Part shown: positions 19,463-29,521 of the stretch, piece by piece
Layout: each line of letters begins with the position of its first letter
Numbering within the stretch: the stretch's first letter is position 1
Assembly: GCA_965601925.1 (NCBI GenBank)
Contig: OZ271854.1
Coordinates: 4,608,001 to 4,672,000 of the forward strand
DNA length: 64,000 bases
DNA from: Alkalispirochaeta sp.
Lineage (GTDB): Bacteria > Spirochaetota > Spirochaetia > DSM-27196 > Alkalispirochaetaceae
Direction: 5' to 3'
Notes under the pieces: generated by a model
What the model saw: the letters and a program-made list of their open reading frames with translations, nothing else
Databases searched by the model: none
Told to the model about the DNA's origin: nothing
Translations under genes and position numbers: made by a program

Positions 19463-20517
19463 CCATGAGTTCCGACAATACGGCCCCTTCCACGACCAGT
19501 CTCCTGGAAGTGAAAAATCTGAAGATGCACTTTCCGATCCACGCGGGACTCTTTCGGCGCACCGTGGGATACGTGAAGGCCGTCGACGACGTGAGCCTCA
19601 CGGTACGCAGCGGGGAGACCCTCGGTCTCGTAGGCGAGTCGGGATGCGGAAAGACGACTCTCGGTCGCAGCATCATGCGCATCTACAAACCGACCGCCGG
19701 CGAGATTCTGTACAACGACGGGAAGCGAAACGTCGATCTCGCGACCCTCGACGAGGCGGCCCTCAAGCCGTACCGTCGCGAAATCCGTATGATCTTTCAG
19801 GATCCGTACACCAGCCTCAACCCGCGCATGCCGGTCCTCGAGATCGTCGGAGAGGCGCTCAAGGTCAACCACGTCGCATCGAAGACGGAGATCGAGGATC
19901 GCGTCGCCGATTTGCTGCGGCGCGTCGGACTCCGTCCGGAGTACATCCGTCGATATCCCCACGCCTTTTCCGGGGGGGAGCGTCAGCGGATCGGTATCGC
20001 CCGCGCCCTTGCGCTCAATCCGCGGCTCATTGTCGCCGACGAGCCGGTCTCGGCGCTCGACGTCTCGGTGCAGGCGCAGACGCTCAACCTCCTTCAGGAC
20101 CTCCAGGAGGAGTTCGGACTGACGTACGTGTTCGTCGCCCACGACCTGAGCGTTATCGAACACCTGAGTACCCGTGCCGCGGTGATGTACGTCGGGAAGA
20201 TCGTCGAGGTGGCGGATATCGAGCCCCTCTATACGACGCCGAAACACCCCTACACCGAGGCGCTGCTCTCCGCGGTACCGAAGGCGAATCCGAAGCTGCG
20301 TAACGCCGGAAAGCGCGTCCGTCTCAAGGGCGAGGTGGCGGACCCGGCCAATCCCCCGACGGGATGCTACTTTCATCCGCGGTGTCCGTACGCCCAGAAG
20401 ATATGCTCCGAGAAGGAGCCGGAGCTACGCGATATCGGCAGCGGGCGACGAGTCGCGTGTCACTTCGCCGAGGAGCTTGCGCTCAAGGGTGCACAGACGC
20501 AAGGCTCGGTCGCATAA
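19459..20517 (+). CDS. ABC transporter ATP-binding protein (DppF/OppF-like)
   Basis: [24 protein letters not shown] and GCYFHPRC motifs. ATGA overlap. Confidence 0.95.
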   Translation: MTMSSDNTAPSTTSLLEVKNLKMHFPIHAGLFRRTVGYVKAVDDVSLTVRSGETLGLVGESGCGKTTLGRSIMRIYKPTAGEILYNDGKRNVDLATLDEAALKPYRREIRMIFQDPYTSLNPRMPVLEIVGEALKVNHVASKTEIEDRVADLLRRVGLRPEYIRRYPHAFSGGERQRIGIARALALNPRLIVADEPVSALDVSVQAQTLNLLQDLQEEFGLTYVFVAHDLSVIEHLSTRAAVMYVGKIVEVADIEPLYTTPKHPYTEALLSAVPKANPKLRNAGKRVRLKGEVADPANPPTGCYFHPRCPYAQKICSEKEPELRDIGSGRRVACHFAEELALKGAQTQGSVA

Positions 20518-20541
20518 CGCTATTCGAGAAGGGACCACACA

Positions 20542-21474
20542 GTGATCTATCGAGAATTCGGAAATCTTGGTTGGAAGGTGTCGGCGGTGGGACTCGGTAC
20601 GTGGAACATCGGGAATCAGTGGGGGGACATCGACGAGGCGACCGCCGTCGCAACGATCGAGGGCGCCCTGCAAGGTGGGATGAACCTCTTCGACACCGCC
20701 GATTCGTACGGTATTCCCAACGGGCTGTCCGAGGAGCGGTTGGGACGCGCCCTTGCGGGGCGGCGTCACGGCGTCTACATCGTCGGCAAGGTCGGTAACT
20801 GGGGTAAGCGAACGGGCCAAACGGTCCCTATCACCACCGTCGATATGGTACGTCTCTGTGTACACGCCAGCCTCTACCGGCTGCACACCGATTGGCTCGA
20901 CGTCGTTCTCTGCCACAAGGGCGATATCGAGGATCCGACGCCGTTCGTCGAGGGGTTCGAGCAGCTGGAGCGGGAGGGCAAGATCCGCGCGTACGGCATA
21001 TCGACGAAGAGCTTGGACGTTCTCAAGCGGTTCAACGAGAACGGTCGCTGCCGCGTGGTGGAGACCGACTACTCCCTCCTCAACCTCAAACAGGAGAACG
21101 GTATCCTGCCGTACTGTGAGGAGCACGGTATTGCGGTGCTCGTGCGCGGGCCGTTGGCCAAAGGGCTGTTATCGGGCAAGTACGCTCCGGGAGCGAGTTT
21201 CTCCGACTCGGTGCGCTCGCGGTGGCACGACGGCGGGACAAAGCAGGCGCAACTGGACGCCGATCTGAGGCGCGTCGGGAGAATCGCCGAAGTATACGAA
21301 CCGGGCCTGTCGATGGTGACCGCCGCTCTGCGCTACACCATCTCGCACCCGTGTCGCCCCGTGACGATCCCCGGCGCCAAATCGGCGGGACAGGCGGCGA
21401 TGAACGCCGCCGCCGGCGATCGCGAGCTCACCGACCGCGAGCGTGAGCACCTGAGGTCGCTCGTCGAAGCGTAA
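20542..21474 (+). CDS. Aldo/keto reductase
   Basis: GLGTW, DTADSYG, K and H catalytic tetrad positions, IPGAK. Confidence 0.9.
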   Translation: MIYREFGNLGWKVSAVGLGTWNIGNQWGDIDEATAVATIEGALQGGMNLFDTADSYGIPNGLSEERLGRALAGRRHGVYIVGKVGNWGKRTGQTVPITTVDMVRLCVHASLYRLHTDWLDVVLCHKGDIEDPTPFVEGFEQLEREGKIRAYGISTKSLDVLKRFNENGRCRVVETDYSLLNLKQENGILPYCEEHGIAVLVRGPLAKGLLSGKYAPGASFSDSVRSRWHDGGTKQAQLDADLRRVGRIAEVYEPGLSMVTAALRYTISHPCRPVTIPGAKSAGQAAMNAAAGDRELTDREREHLRSLVEA

Positions 21475-21494
21475 AATAGGGAGATGCGCACGCG

Positions 21495-22685
21495 GTGAAA
21501 ATCGAGAAGATCGAGACGCTCTTTGTCGATCGGTACCTCTTTGTGAAGGTTTACACCGACACGGGGGTCGTCGGCCTGGGAGAGTCCGGCGCGTGGGGCT
21601 ACCTCGAGGCCTCGGCCGAGGCGGTCAAGACCTTTGCGCGCTACCTTATCGGCAAGGATCCCCTGCGACGGGCACACCATTGGGAGTACTTGTATCGCTA
21701 TAGCCACTTTCGCGGGGCGGCGATTATGGGGGCGCTGAGCGCCGTCGATATCGCGCTGTGGGACATCGCGGGCAAACACTTCGACGTCCCGTGTTATGAG
21801 CTCTTCGGCGGGAAGATGCGCGACAAAGCGCGCGTGTATGTTCACGTCCACGGCGATACGAAGGAGCGCCTCTATGAGGGGTGTCGCCAAGCAAAGAGGC
21901 GCGGGTACACCGCCGTGGGCCACCTCACGCCGTTTCTCGACTCCGATAAGGGTACGCCCTATTTTCAGACCCACGTCGACCGGATGCGCGACGGTATCGA
22001 GACGGTCGGCGCCTATCGGGATATCGTCGGACGGGATGTCGATCTCTGTATCGAGCTCCACCGGCGCCTCACCCCCGCCGAGGCGATCGCCCTCGGCCGC
22101 GGCATCGAGAAGTATCACCCCTTTTTCTTTGAGGATCCGATACGGCCCGACCGCCTGGACGAGATGGCGCTGGTCCAGCGAGAGACGCCCGTTCCCGTGG
22201 CGACGGGAGAGCGAATCCATACGATCTTTGAGTTTGCGTCGCTCCTCGAGCGGCGCGCGATGCGCTACGCTCGCATCAGCGTGTGCCTCGCCGGAGGGCT
22301 GACCCACGCCAAGAAGATAGCCGCCCTCGCCGAGGCGTATCACGTCGCGGTGGTGCCGCACAATCCGCTGAGCGCGGTGAGCACCGCGGCGTGCCTCCAG
22401 CTCGACGCCGCCGTTCCCAACTTTGCCCTGCAGGAGCTTACGACGGGGCAGGCGGTGGCGATGGCTCCGACAGACGAGGACGATGCGTGGTACGATCCGG
22501 GCCCCGGCACGCTCGCCATGGACATTCTCAAGGAGCCCCTAAAGATCGAAGACGGCTATCTCCTCCTACCCGAGAGACCGGGCATCGGCGTCGAGCTCAC
22601 GGAAAACGCCGCGGAACTCTACCCGTATCGCCCGCGTGCCGTACGTACCCAGCTCCACGTCGACGGCTCCGTAGTGGACCAATAG
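21495..22685 (+). CDS. Galactonate dehydratase (DgoD)-like enolase superfamily enzyme
   Basis: DIALWDIAGK, ELH, FEDP, ATGER, PHNP and C-terminal DGSVVD motifs. Confidence 0.85.
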   Translation: MKIEKIETLFVDRYLFVKVYTDTGVVGLGESGAWGYLEASAEAVKTFARYLIGKDPLRRAHHWEYLYRYSHFRGAAIMGALSAVDIALWDIAGKHFDVPCYELFGGKMRDKARVYVHVHGDTKERLYEGCRQAKRRGYTAVGHLTPFLDSDKGTPYFQTHVDRMRDGIETVGAYRDIVGRDVDLCIELHRRLTPAEAIALGRGIEKYHPFFFEDPIRPDRLDEMALVQRETPVPVATGERIHTIFEFASLLERRAMRYARISVCLAGGLTHAKKIAALAEAYHVAVVPHNPLSAVSTAACLQLDAAVPNFALQELTTGQAVAMAPTDEDDAWYDPGPGTLAMDILKEPLKIEDGYLLLPERPGIGVELTENAAELYPYRPRAVRTQLHVDGSVVDQ

Positions 22686-22744
22686 GGGTGGTGAGATCGT
22701 CGCATGACGGTTCGTCGAGGACGGCGAAAGAGAACGGTGTAATC

Positions 22745-23947
22745 GTGTATTCCCAGCCAGCGGGCCATGAACTACGCCGGCTCGTTATGGCGATCTACGT
22801 TCCCACTTTTCTCGTCGCTATGGGGCGCGGCATGGTACTCCCGGTTCGCCCCCTCTTTGCCCGTGACCTGGGGGCGGGACTCGGCGAGACGGGACTCATC
22901 GTCGCCCTCTTCGGAATCGGAAGTCTCATGGCGGACCTCCCCGCCGGCGCCCTCGTCTCCCGCTTCTCGCACAAACGCATCACGATCGGTGCCGTGGGCG
23001 CCGCGGCGCTGTTCTCGGCGGCTACCGGCTTTGTCACATCGGCACCGCTGTTGGGAGCGCTCACTATCCTGTCCGGTTTCTCGATCTCAATTTGGTTTCT
23101 CACGCGTCTCGACTATTTGCGCCACGCCGTAAAAAAGGGACGCCGCGGTCGAGCCCTCGCGATCCTGGGCGGCGCCGGGCGCCTCGGCTTCTTTATCGGT
23201 CCGATGGTGGGTGGGCTCCTCGGAGAACGATTTGGACTTCACTTCGCATTTTGGGGCGAGGCGACGTGCTTTGCCCTTGCAACGCTCTTTCTCACCGGCG
23301 TTCCCCGACTAAGAGGCTCGGTACGGACCAACGGAGAGACGGCGTTCGGAAGGACCCTTCGCGAGCACAAGCGCGTCTTTCTCACCGCCACCCTGTCGAT
23401 GGTCGCATTGGCCCTCGTGCGCGCAGGACGGTCGTTGCTCATCCCCCTATGGGGAGATGCGATCGGCCTGGACGTCGCCGCGGTCGGTCTCGTCGTCGGC
23501 CTTGCATGGGGTACCGATATGCTCCTCTTCTACCCGGTGGGCATGATTATGGACAAAGTGGGACGCAAGTGGACCGCACTCCCCTGCTTCGGGCTCCTCT
23601 CCGCAAGCCTCTTCCTCCTTCCGACCGCGCGCACGCTCCCGATGCTGCTCCTTGTCGTAATGCTTGCCGGTATCGGTAACGGATTCGGGAGCGGTATCAA
23701 CATGACCCTCAGCACCGACATGGCGCCCCGGGACTCGTCGGGGAGCTTCCTCGGGTTGTGGCGCCTCATGGTCGACACCGGAACGGTCGCCGGTCCGTTT
23801 CTCGTTGGTGTCGTGGCGCACGCGGCGACGCTGGGGACGGCGGCTCTGGCGGTCGGCGGCGTCGGTCTTGTCGGCGCAACGATTCTTTTGGTATCGGTGC
23901 CGGAGCCCATAGGCGGAAAAGGCCGGCGCGTCAAAGCCGCTCCATAG
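22745..23947 (+). CDS. MFS transporter
   Basis: About 12 hydrophobic segments and a DKVGRK motif. Start is uncertain (22745 GTG or 22787 ATG). Confidence 0.85.
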   Translation: MYSQPAGHELRRLVMAIYVPTFLVAMGRGMVLPVRPLFARDLGAGLGETGLIVALFGIGSLMADLPAGALVSRFSHKRITIGAVGAAALFSAATGFVTSAPLLGALTILSGFSISIWFLTRLDYLRHAVKKGRRGRALAILGGAGRLGFFIGPMVGGLLGERFGLHFAFWGEATCFALATLFLTGVPRLRGSVRTNGETAFGRTLREHKRVFLTATLSMVALALVRAGRSLLIPLWGDAIGLDVAAVGLVVGLAWGTDMLLFYPVGMIMDKVGRKWTALPCFGLLSASLFLLPTARTLPMLLLVVMLAGIGNGFGSGINMTLSTDMAPRDSSGSFLGLWRLMVDTGTVAGPFLVGVVAHAATLGTAALAVGGVGLVGATILLVSVPEPIGGKGRRVKAAP

Positions 23948-23969
23948 TCGCCCGGTCGGGGCACACGAG

Positions 23970-24572
23970 GTGAAACCGATGGATTACACGAAACGGATGG
24001 ATGAACCCTTACTCCTTCAAGCGCTCTCCCTCGATACCCCGCCGTCCGTACGGGAGATGCTACGCGAGATCGGGCCGGGTGAGAACGGTTTCCATAATTT
24101 CCCGTTCGAGTTTGCCGAGGACGAGTGGAACGTCTACCTGAGACGCAACATGGAGATGGCGGAGGGCGTCGGGCTCGCTCCGTCGATGGTGGCACAGACC
24201 ACCTATTGGCTCTTTGCAGCCGATAGACCGGTCGGCGTGAGCCGATTGCGGCACAGCCTTACGGACAAGCTCCGCGTCGAGGGCGGGCATATCGGCTATT
24301 GCATACGGCCGGCGGAGCGGGGCCGAGGATACGGGAGAGAGATACTGCGTCTCACGCTGTCGGTGGCGTTTGGAAAGGGCATCGCCGAAGTTCTCGTCAC
24401 CTGTAACGAGGATAACACCGCGTCCCGACGGGTGATCGAGGGCAACGGCGGGGTGCTTCGGGACCGCACCGGCATCGTCTGTCGCTACACGATCACCGGC
24501 GATACGTTCCGTCGAGCCACTGCGCATCGTCAAACTCCAGGGCGATCGGCTCCCCGGAGAACTCGATCTTGA
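23970..24572 (+). CDS. GNAT family N-acetyltransferase
   Basis: GGHIGYCIRPAERGRGYG and NTASRRVIEGNGG motifs. Confidence 0.85.
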   Translation: MKPMDYTKRMDEPLLLQALSLDTPPSVREMLREIGPGENGFHNFPFEFAEDEWNVYLRRNMEMAEGVGLAPSMVAQTTYWLFAADRPVGVSRLRHSLTDKLRVEGGHIGYCIRPAERGRGYGREILRLTLSVAFGKGIAEVLVTCNEDNTASRRVIEGNGGVLRDRTGIVCRYTITGDTFRRATAHRQTPGRSAPRRTRS

Positions 24573-25809
24573 CCACGGCGGCCAAGGGGTCCGGAGGCTC
24601 CTCCGGTAGACCGGCGATGCGCCACCGCGCATTGGAGAGCGCCTCCACGGTAAGGGTATCGCCGGTGGTTAGGAGCGCAGCCGAAAGCACCTCGGGTCCG
24701 ATCTGACTCAAGATGATCGCGGGACCGGGATAATAGAATAGGGTGAGATAGGCGATCCTGCCGCGGGTGGTGAACATGCCGTAGTGGAAGCACGGTCCCT
24801 GCTTGGGAGTCGTGTAGATGCCGCCCGGTGAGGTACCGTAGACCGCTTCGCCGTGGCGACGGAGCCAACGCCCGATCGCCCGCAACGCGTCGTCGTCGCG
24901 ACGGCTTAAGGTCCCGTCTCCCCGGGGACCGACGTTGAAAAGGAGATTTCCTCCGAGCCGTACGGCGTTCATCACGTGCCACAAGACCTCGCCGTGACTC
25001 TTGTCGGCTGTCGGTCGGCGGAGATGGCCCCATCCCGGCGCGAAGTTGAGGGTCATGCACGCCTCCCACGCGCGGTCGGCGTCATCCTCGGGCGTGACGT
25101 GCTGCTCCGGCGTGCCGAAGTCTTCCGGTACACCCGATCGATTATTGATGATGATATCGGGCTGGCAGGCGCGTACGCGTTCGTTGAGCTCGTCGGTGCG
25201 ATAAAACTCCGCCGGTGTCACGTCGATCGGTCGACCCGTCCACCCGAACGCCCCGGGGACGCGCCGACCGGGCACTGCGGCGATGTCGTACCAGAGGATG
25301 TCGACGGTACCGTAGCGCGTCATGAGCTCTTCGACCTGTCTGTGGAGCTCGTTCACCATCGCCGGAAGGTCGTCGGGATACCCGGCGGGATCCCAAAAGC
25401 CGCGCCATCGCCACGTGTGGACCGAGTAGTAAAAGCCGACGCGCAACCCCGCCTCCCGCGCCGCGGCGACGTACTCGGCCACGAGGTCGCGCCGCGGTCC
25501 CGTCTCGGCCGCATTGTAGTCGTGGGTGTCGGTATCCCAGAGGCAGTACCCGTCGTGGTGCCGCGTCGTCAACACGATGTATTTGGCCCCGGCGTCGGCC
25601 GCCGCCGTCGCGACTCGACGCGCCCAACCGACGGCGGGCCGGAAGTCGGCGGCGAGGCGCTCATACTCTCCAAGCGGCATCATCTCGCGCACCATGACTT
25701 GCTCGCCGCGGCCGAGGGCGGAGTAGATCCCCCAGTGTACGAACACGCCGAACTTGGCGTCGCGAAACCACCGCAGACGCGCGCGCCTGTCGACGTCGCC
25801 CTCGCTCAC
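24493..25809 (-). CDS. Alpha-L-fucosidase (GH29)
   Basis: KFGVFVHWG, TTRHHDG, LWYD nucleophile, INNR and GGNLLFNVGP motifs. Confidence 0.92.
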   Translation of the reverse strand: MSEGDVDRRARLRWFRDAKFGVFVHWGIYSALGRGEQVMVREMMPLGEYERLAADFRPAVGWARRVATAAADAGAKYIVLTTRHHDGYCLWDTDTHDYNAAETGPRRDLVAEYVAAAREAGLRVGFYYSVHTWRWRGFWDPAGYPDDLPAMVNELHRQVEELMTRYGTVDILWYDIAAVPGRRVPGAFGWTGRPIDVTPAEFYRTDELNERVRACQPDIIINNRSGVPEDFGTPEQHVTPEDDADRAWEACMTLNFAPGWGHLRRPTADKSHGEVLWHVMNAVRLGGNLLFNVGPRGDGTLSRRDDDALRAIGRWLRRHGEAVYGTSPGGIYTTPKQGPCFHYGMFTTRGRIAYLTLFYYPGPAIILSQIGPEVLSAALLTTGDTLTVEALSNARWRIAGLPEEPPDPLAAVVKIEFSGEPIALEFDDAQWLDGTYRR

Positions 25810-27476
25810 TCGTTGCTCTCGCGATATCGATCGTAGGCGACCTGGTATATCCGCATGAGCTCATCGAGGCCCATGCGGTTGAGATCGTGGATATAGCGGT
25901 CCCACTCGGTCTCCACGTCGCGGCTTCCGACGATGAACTCCGCCGTCGCTTGGAGCACGAATCGGTCGATCGTCGTCTCGATGTCGGTTACCAGCTCCGC
26001 CTCCTCCGTTGTGAATTGGATCGGGGGCAGAATCATGGCGATGTCCGGCCGATACGGCGCCAGTTTGTCCCGCGTCTCCTCAAAGAGCACCGTCTCTATA
26101 TCGTGGGGATCCTCACTGCGGACCCGTCCCAGACGAAACGGTGCGTCGCGGAAGGTCGCCGGGGTGCTGCCCCACCCGTTGCGATTCAAGCTGCCGCCGG
26201 CGTCGGGCTGCGGGATCTGCGCCCACACAGCGCTCTCGCCGTTGATTCCCACCTCGTCGGGCTCGGCCCACCGCCAGTGCAGGCCCTCGTCGCCGTAGAA
26301 GGCACGGAGCGTCGTCTCATATGTCGTGTCCCAAAAGGCGTCGGCCCATCGAAAGGCGACCTCGGGGTTACGTGCCGAACTGGTAATCATGAAGCGCCCG
26401 GGCTGGACGCCGGCGTAGGGGTTCCAACTCGCGTACCGTTGACCCGAGGGACCTTGAAGGGCGGGGACGACGACGTAGTCGCGGTAGTATCCGCTCTCGC
26501 TCAAGTAGCGCGCCGGATTCTCGAGCCCGGGCGCGGCTCCCAGAACCTGTACCTCCGACTCGGCGAGTTGCGTCAGCTGCTGGCGATCCATGATAAAGCT
26601 CTCGGGATCGAGAAGGCGGTCGACGTAGAGGCGTCGAATGAAACGGAGCCCCTCACGCCACCCCTCCTGGGAGTACGAGGCGACGATACGACCACCGTCG
26701 ACCCATACCATGCCCGACTGGTTGTTGAACCCCGACGGCACGTAGACGAACGGGTTCATCAGTACCGCTACGACGCTATTGACGCTGTTGAGATAGTCGT
26801 GGTGCGCCTGCGCCGCCGAAAACGGCACCTCGTCGGCGACGCCGTTTCCGTTGGGGTCGCGCTCCTTGAACGCCACGAGGGTCCGGTAGAGCTCTTCGGT
26901 CGTCTCGGGCATGGGAAGACCGAGGGTGCGCAACCACTCCTCGTTGATCCACAGCTTGTTTCCCATCGAACAGTGGTAGCATTGGTTGAACATCGGAATC
27001 GAATAGATGTTCCCGTCCAGCGCCGTTATCTGCGACCGGATCGTCGGATAGCGCTCCATCCACCGCGGTATGTGGTACCCCAGCCGGTCGAGGTAGTCGT
27101 TGAGGGGCAAGAGCACCCCCTGGGAGCCGAGTTCGGCTATCTGGGCGGGCTGCAACCGCCACCCCACCAAGACCTCCGGCAGGTCACCCGAGGCGACGAT
27201 GATATTGAGCTTTTGCACGGAGTCACGGCGCGGTACCGGAGCAAACTGGGCGACGACGCCGGTACGTTCCTCCAGCCAGCGCGAAAATCGGTTGTCCTCG
27301 TAATCGGTGCCGGGATCGACGATCATGACCTCGAGAGCCACCGACTCGTTGACGATCGGATACTCGCCCGGGGGCGTTACGGCGACCCCGGCGTTCGATG
27401 TCTCCTCGCCCTGGGCCCCGGCGAGCAACCGTCCCGCGACGAGGATCGCGACGGCAAATACTACGGTACGCTTCAT
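25806..27476 (-). CDS. Carbohydrate ABC transporter solute-binding protein
   Basis: Signal peptide ending AGAQGE, ASGDLP, WLRTLGLPMPETTEE and FKERDPNGNG motifs. Confidence 0.92.
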   Translation of the reverse strand: MKRTVVFAVAILVAGRLLAGAQGEETSNAGVAVTPPGEYPIVNESVALEVMIVDPGTDYEDNRFSRWLEERTGVVAQFAPVPRRDSVQKLNIIVASGDLPEVLVGWRLQPAQIAELGSQGVLLPLNDYLDRLGYHIPRWMERYPTIRSQITALDGNIYSIPMFNQCYHCSMGNKLWINEEWLRTLGLPMPETTEELYRTLVAFKERDPNGNGVADEVPFSAAQAHHDYLNSVNSVVAVLMNPFVYVPSGFNNQSGMVWVDGGRIVASYSQEGWREGLRFIRRLYVDRLLDPESFIMDRQQLTQLAESEVQVLGAAPGLENPARYLSESGYYRDYVVVPALQGPSGQRYASWNPYAGVQPGRFMITSSARNPEVAFRWADAFWDTTYETTLRAFYGDEGLHWRWAEPDEVGINGESAVWAQIPQPDAGGSLNRNGWGSTPATFRDAPFRLGRVRSEDPHDIETVLFEETRDKLAPYRPDIAMILPPIQFTTEEAELVTDIETTIDRFVLQATAEFIVGSRDVETEWDRYIHDLNRMGLDELMRIYQVAYDRYRESNE

Positions 27477-27503
27477 ATCGACCTCCTTCGATATCGTGCG
27501 GCG

Positions 27504-28421
27504 CTACCCTTTGAGGGCGCCGATCATTACACCTTTGACGAAGTACTTCTGTACGAATGGGTAGATCACGAGCACCGGAACGCTCGCCACGACACTCAAG
27601 GAGTACTTCAAAAGGTCCGCCATGCCTTGGAGCCGCTCGAGTTCGAGTATGTCCCCCCCGACCGCCTCGATGGTTATCTCATTCCTGATCAGTATGTCCC
27701 GTAGAACGAGCTGGAGCGGGTAGAGCGCCCGGTCGCTCAGGTAGACGAGGGCCCAGAAGAACTGGTTCCAGTGCCACACTGCATAGTAGAGGGTGATGAC
27801 CGCCAACATCGGCTTGGAGAGGGGGAGCAGTATGGAGGAGAGGTAACGCATATCCCCCGCTCCGTCGATAACCGCGGAGTCGTAGAGCTCCCGCGGGAGC
27901 GAGTGGCGAAAATAGGTCCTGGCGATAATGACGTTGAAGGGCGTAAGGGCCTGGGTGATGAGGAGCGCCCATCGTGTGTTGTACAGACCGAGACGTCGCA
28001 CCAACAAAAAAGTGGGAATCAGCCCGCCGTTGAACATCATCGTAAAGACTAACAGAAAGGTGAAAAACCCCTTCCCGTAGAATCCCGGCTTGGCCAAAGG
28101 GTACGCCATCAAGACGGTCATCGCGACGTTGATCGCCGTCCCGGCGGTCATGTAGAAGAACGAGTTGGCGTATCCCGTCCAGATCGCCTCGTGGCGAAAG
28201 ACCGCTCTATATCCCGCCAACGAGAAGTCTACCGGGAGGAGCCGGACACGTCCGGAGACGACCGCCGCCGGGGAGCTGAAGGAAGCACTCACCACATAGA
28301 TGAGGGGATAGAGGAAGAGGACCAACAGCACCGCGAGTCCCAAACCGTTTGCGATGAGAAACAGGCGGTCGCCGACGGTTGCGCGCCGCGTCGGCCCAAA
28401 GGGCGACCCGATCCCTACCAT
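27504..28421 (-). CDS. Carbohydrate ABC transporter permease (LplC/YtcP-like)
   Basis: GGLIP, SAVIDGA and YPFVQKYFVKGVMIGALKG motifs. ATG start at 28421. Confidence 0.92.
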   Translation of the reverse strand: MVGIGSPFGPTRRATVGDRLFLIANGLGLAVLLVLFLYPLIYVVSASFSSPAAVVSGRVRLLPVDFSLAGYRAVFRHEAIWTGYANSFFYMTAGTAINVAMTVLMAYPLAKPGFYGKGFFTFLLVFTMMFNGGLIPTFLLVRRLGLYNTRWALLITQALTPFNVIIARTYFRHSLPRELYDSAVIDGAGDMRYLSSILLPLSKPMLAVITLYYAVWHWNQFFWALVYLSDRALYPLQLVLRDILIRNEITIEAVGGDILELERLQGMADLLKYSLSVVASVPVLVIYPFVQKYFVKGVMIGALKG

Positions 28422-29332
28422 AGGCTGTAGTCCGATACGCGCTTGGCGATCCGGTTGACGGTGACGATCAGAACGAGGCCGACGACGGAGCGGAAGAGGC
28501 CGATCGCCGTGGGAAAGCCGAAGTTGGTCGTCGGCGAGGCGATTCCCGTCTTGTAGACGAAGGTCTGGATGACCTCCGACGTCGCCAAGTTGAGGGGCGT
28601 CTGCATCAACAGCGCCTTCTCGAAACCGACATCCATAATGCGCCCCGTAGCCAGAATCAGAAGGATCACGGCGGTCGGGACGACCGACGGGAGGTCGATG
28701 TGCCGAATCCGTTGGCGTATGCCGGCACCGTCGATGATCGCCGCCTCGTGGAGCTCCTGCGGTACCCCGGAGAGGACCGCCAGATAGACGATCGACTGAA
28801 AACCGAGATTCTGCCACACGCCGCTCCACACGAACAGCGAGGGAAAGGCGGCGGCGCTTCCGAAAAAGATGATCGGCTCGATCCCGAGAACCAACAGGAG
28901 TTGATTGACCGGGCCGCGCAGGGAGAGAAGCTGAAAGAGCATTCCGACGATAATGACCGTCGAGATGAAGTAGGGGGCGTAGGTGACCATTTGCACGACC
29001 TTCTTGAAGCGCTTCCGTCGCACGACATTGAGACTCAACGCCAACAGGATCGGAAAGGGAAATCCCGCGACGAGTTGATAGACGCTGAGTCGCAACGTAT
29101 TGACCAGGAGATTCTCGAAGTAAAATGAACGGAAGAAGCGGGCAAAGTTCGCAAAACCGACCCACGGGCTCCCCCATACTCCGAGGGTCGGGTTGAACCG
29201 CCTGAAGGCGATCTGTGCACCGTATATCGGTATATAACGAAAAACTATCAAACAAAGCACCGGCGGTAGAATAAGGAGGTAGCATTCACGACTCCGTCGT
29301 ATGCGTCGCCGGACTGACCCTAAGTCGACCAT
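28415..29332 (-). CDS. Carbohydrate ABC transporter permease (LplB-like)
   Basis: SPWVG, EAAIIDGA and GFEK motifs. Confidence 0.92.
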   Translation of the reverse strand: MVDLGSVRRRIRRSRECYLLILPPVLCLIVFRYIPIYGAQIAFRRFNPTLGVWGSPWVGFANFARFFRSFYFENLLVNTLRLSVYQLVAGFPFPILLALSLNVVRRKRFKKVVQMVTYAPYFISTVIIVGMLFQLLSLRGPVNQLLLVLGIEPIIFFGSAAAFPSLFVWSGVWQNLGFQSIVYLAVLSGVPQELHEAAIIDGAGIRQRIRHIDLPSVVPTAVILLILATGRIMDVGFEKALLMQTPLNLATSEVIQTFVYKTGIASPTTNFGFPTAIGLFRSVVGLVLIVTVNRIAKRVSDYSLW

Positions 29333-29521
29333 ACGATCAGGCTACGGCCCACCTCTCACATCTCGCAATGGACCATTTCCTTGCCACGGTGCACGTGTTG
29401 TGACGGGAATGTACATCTCGTGTCCGACTATGCATCGGTTGTGAAAGCGTCCCGGCAACGCCTCCTCGACGCACATCGTGGTATCATGACCGAGGCGCCG
29501 AAGGGGATAGCCGTACTGCAG

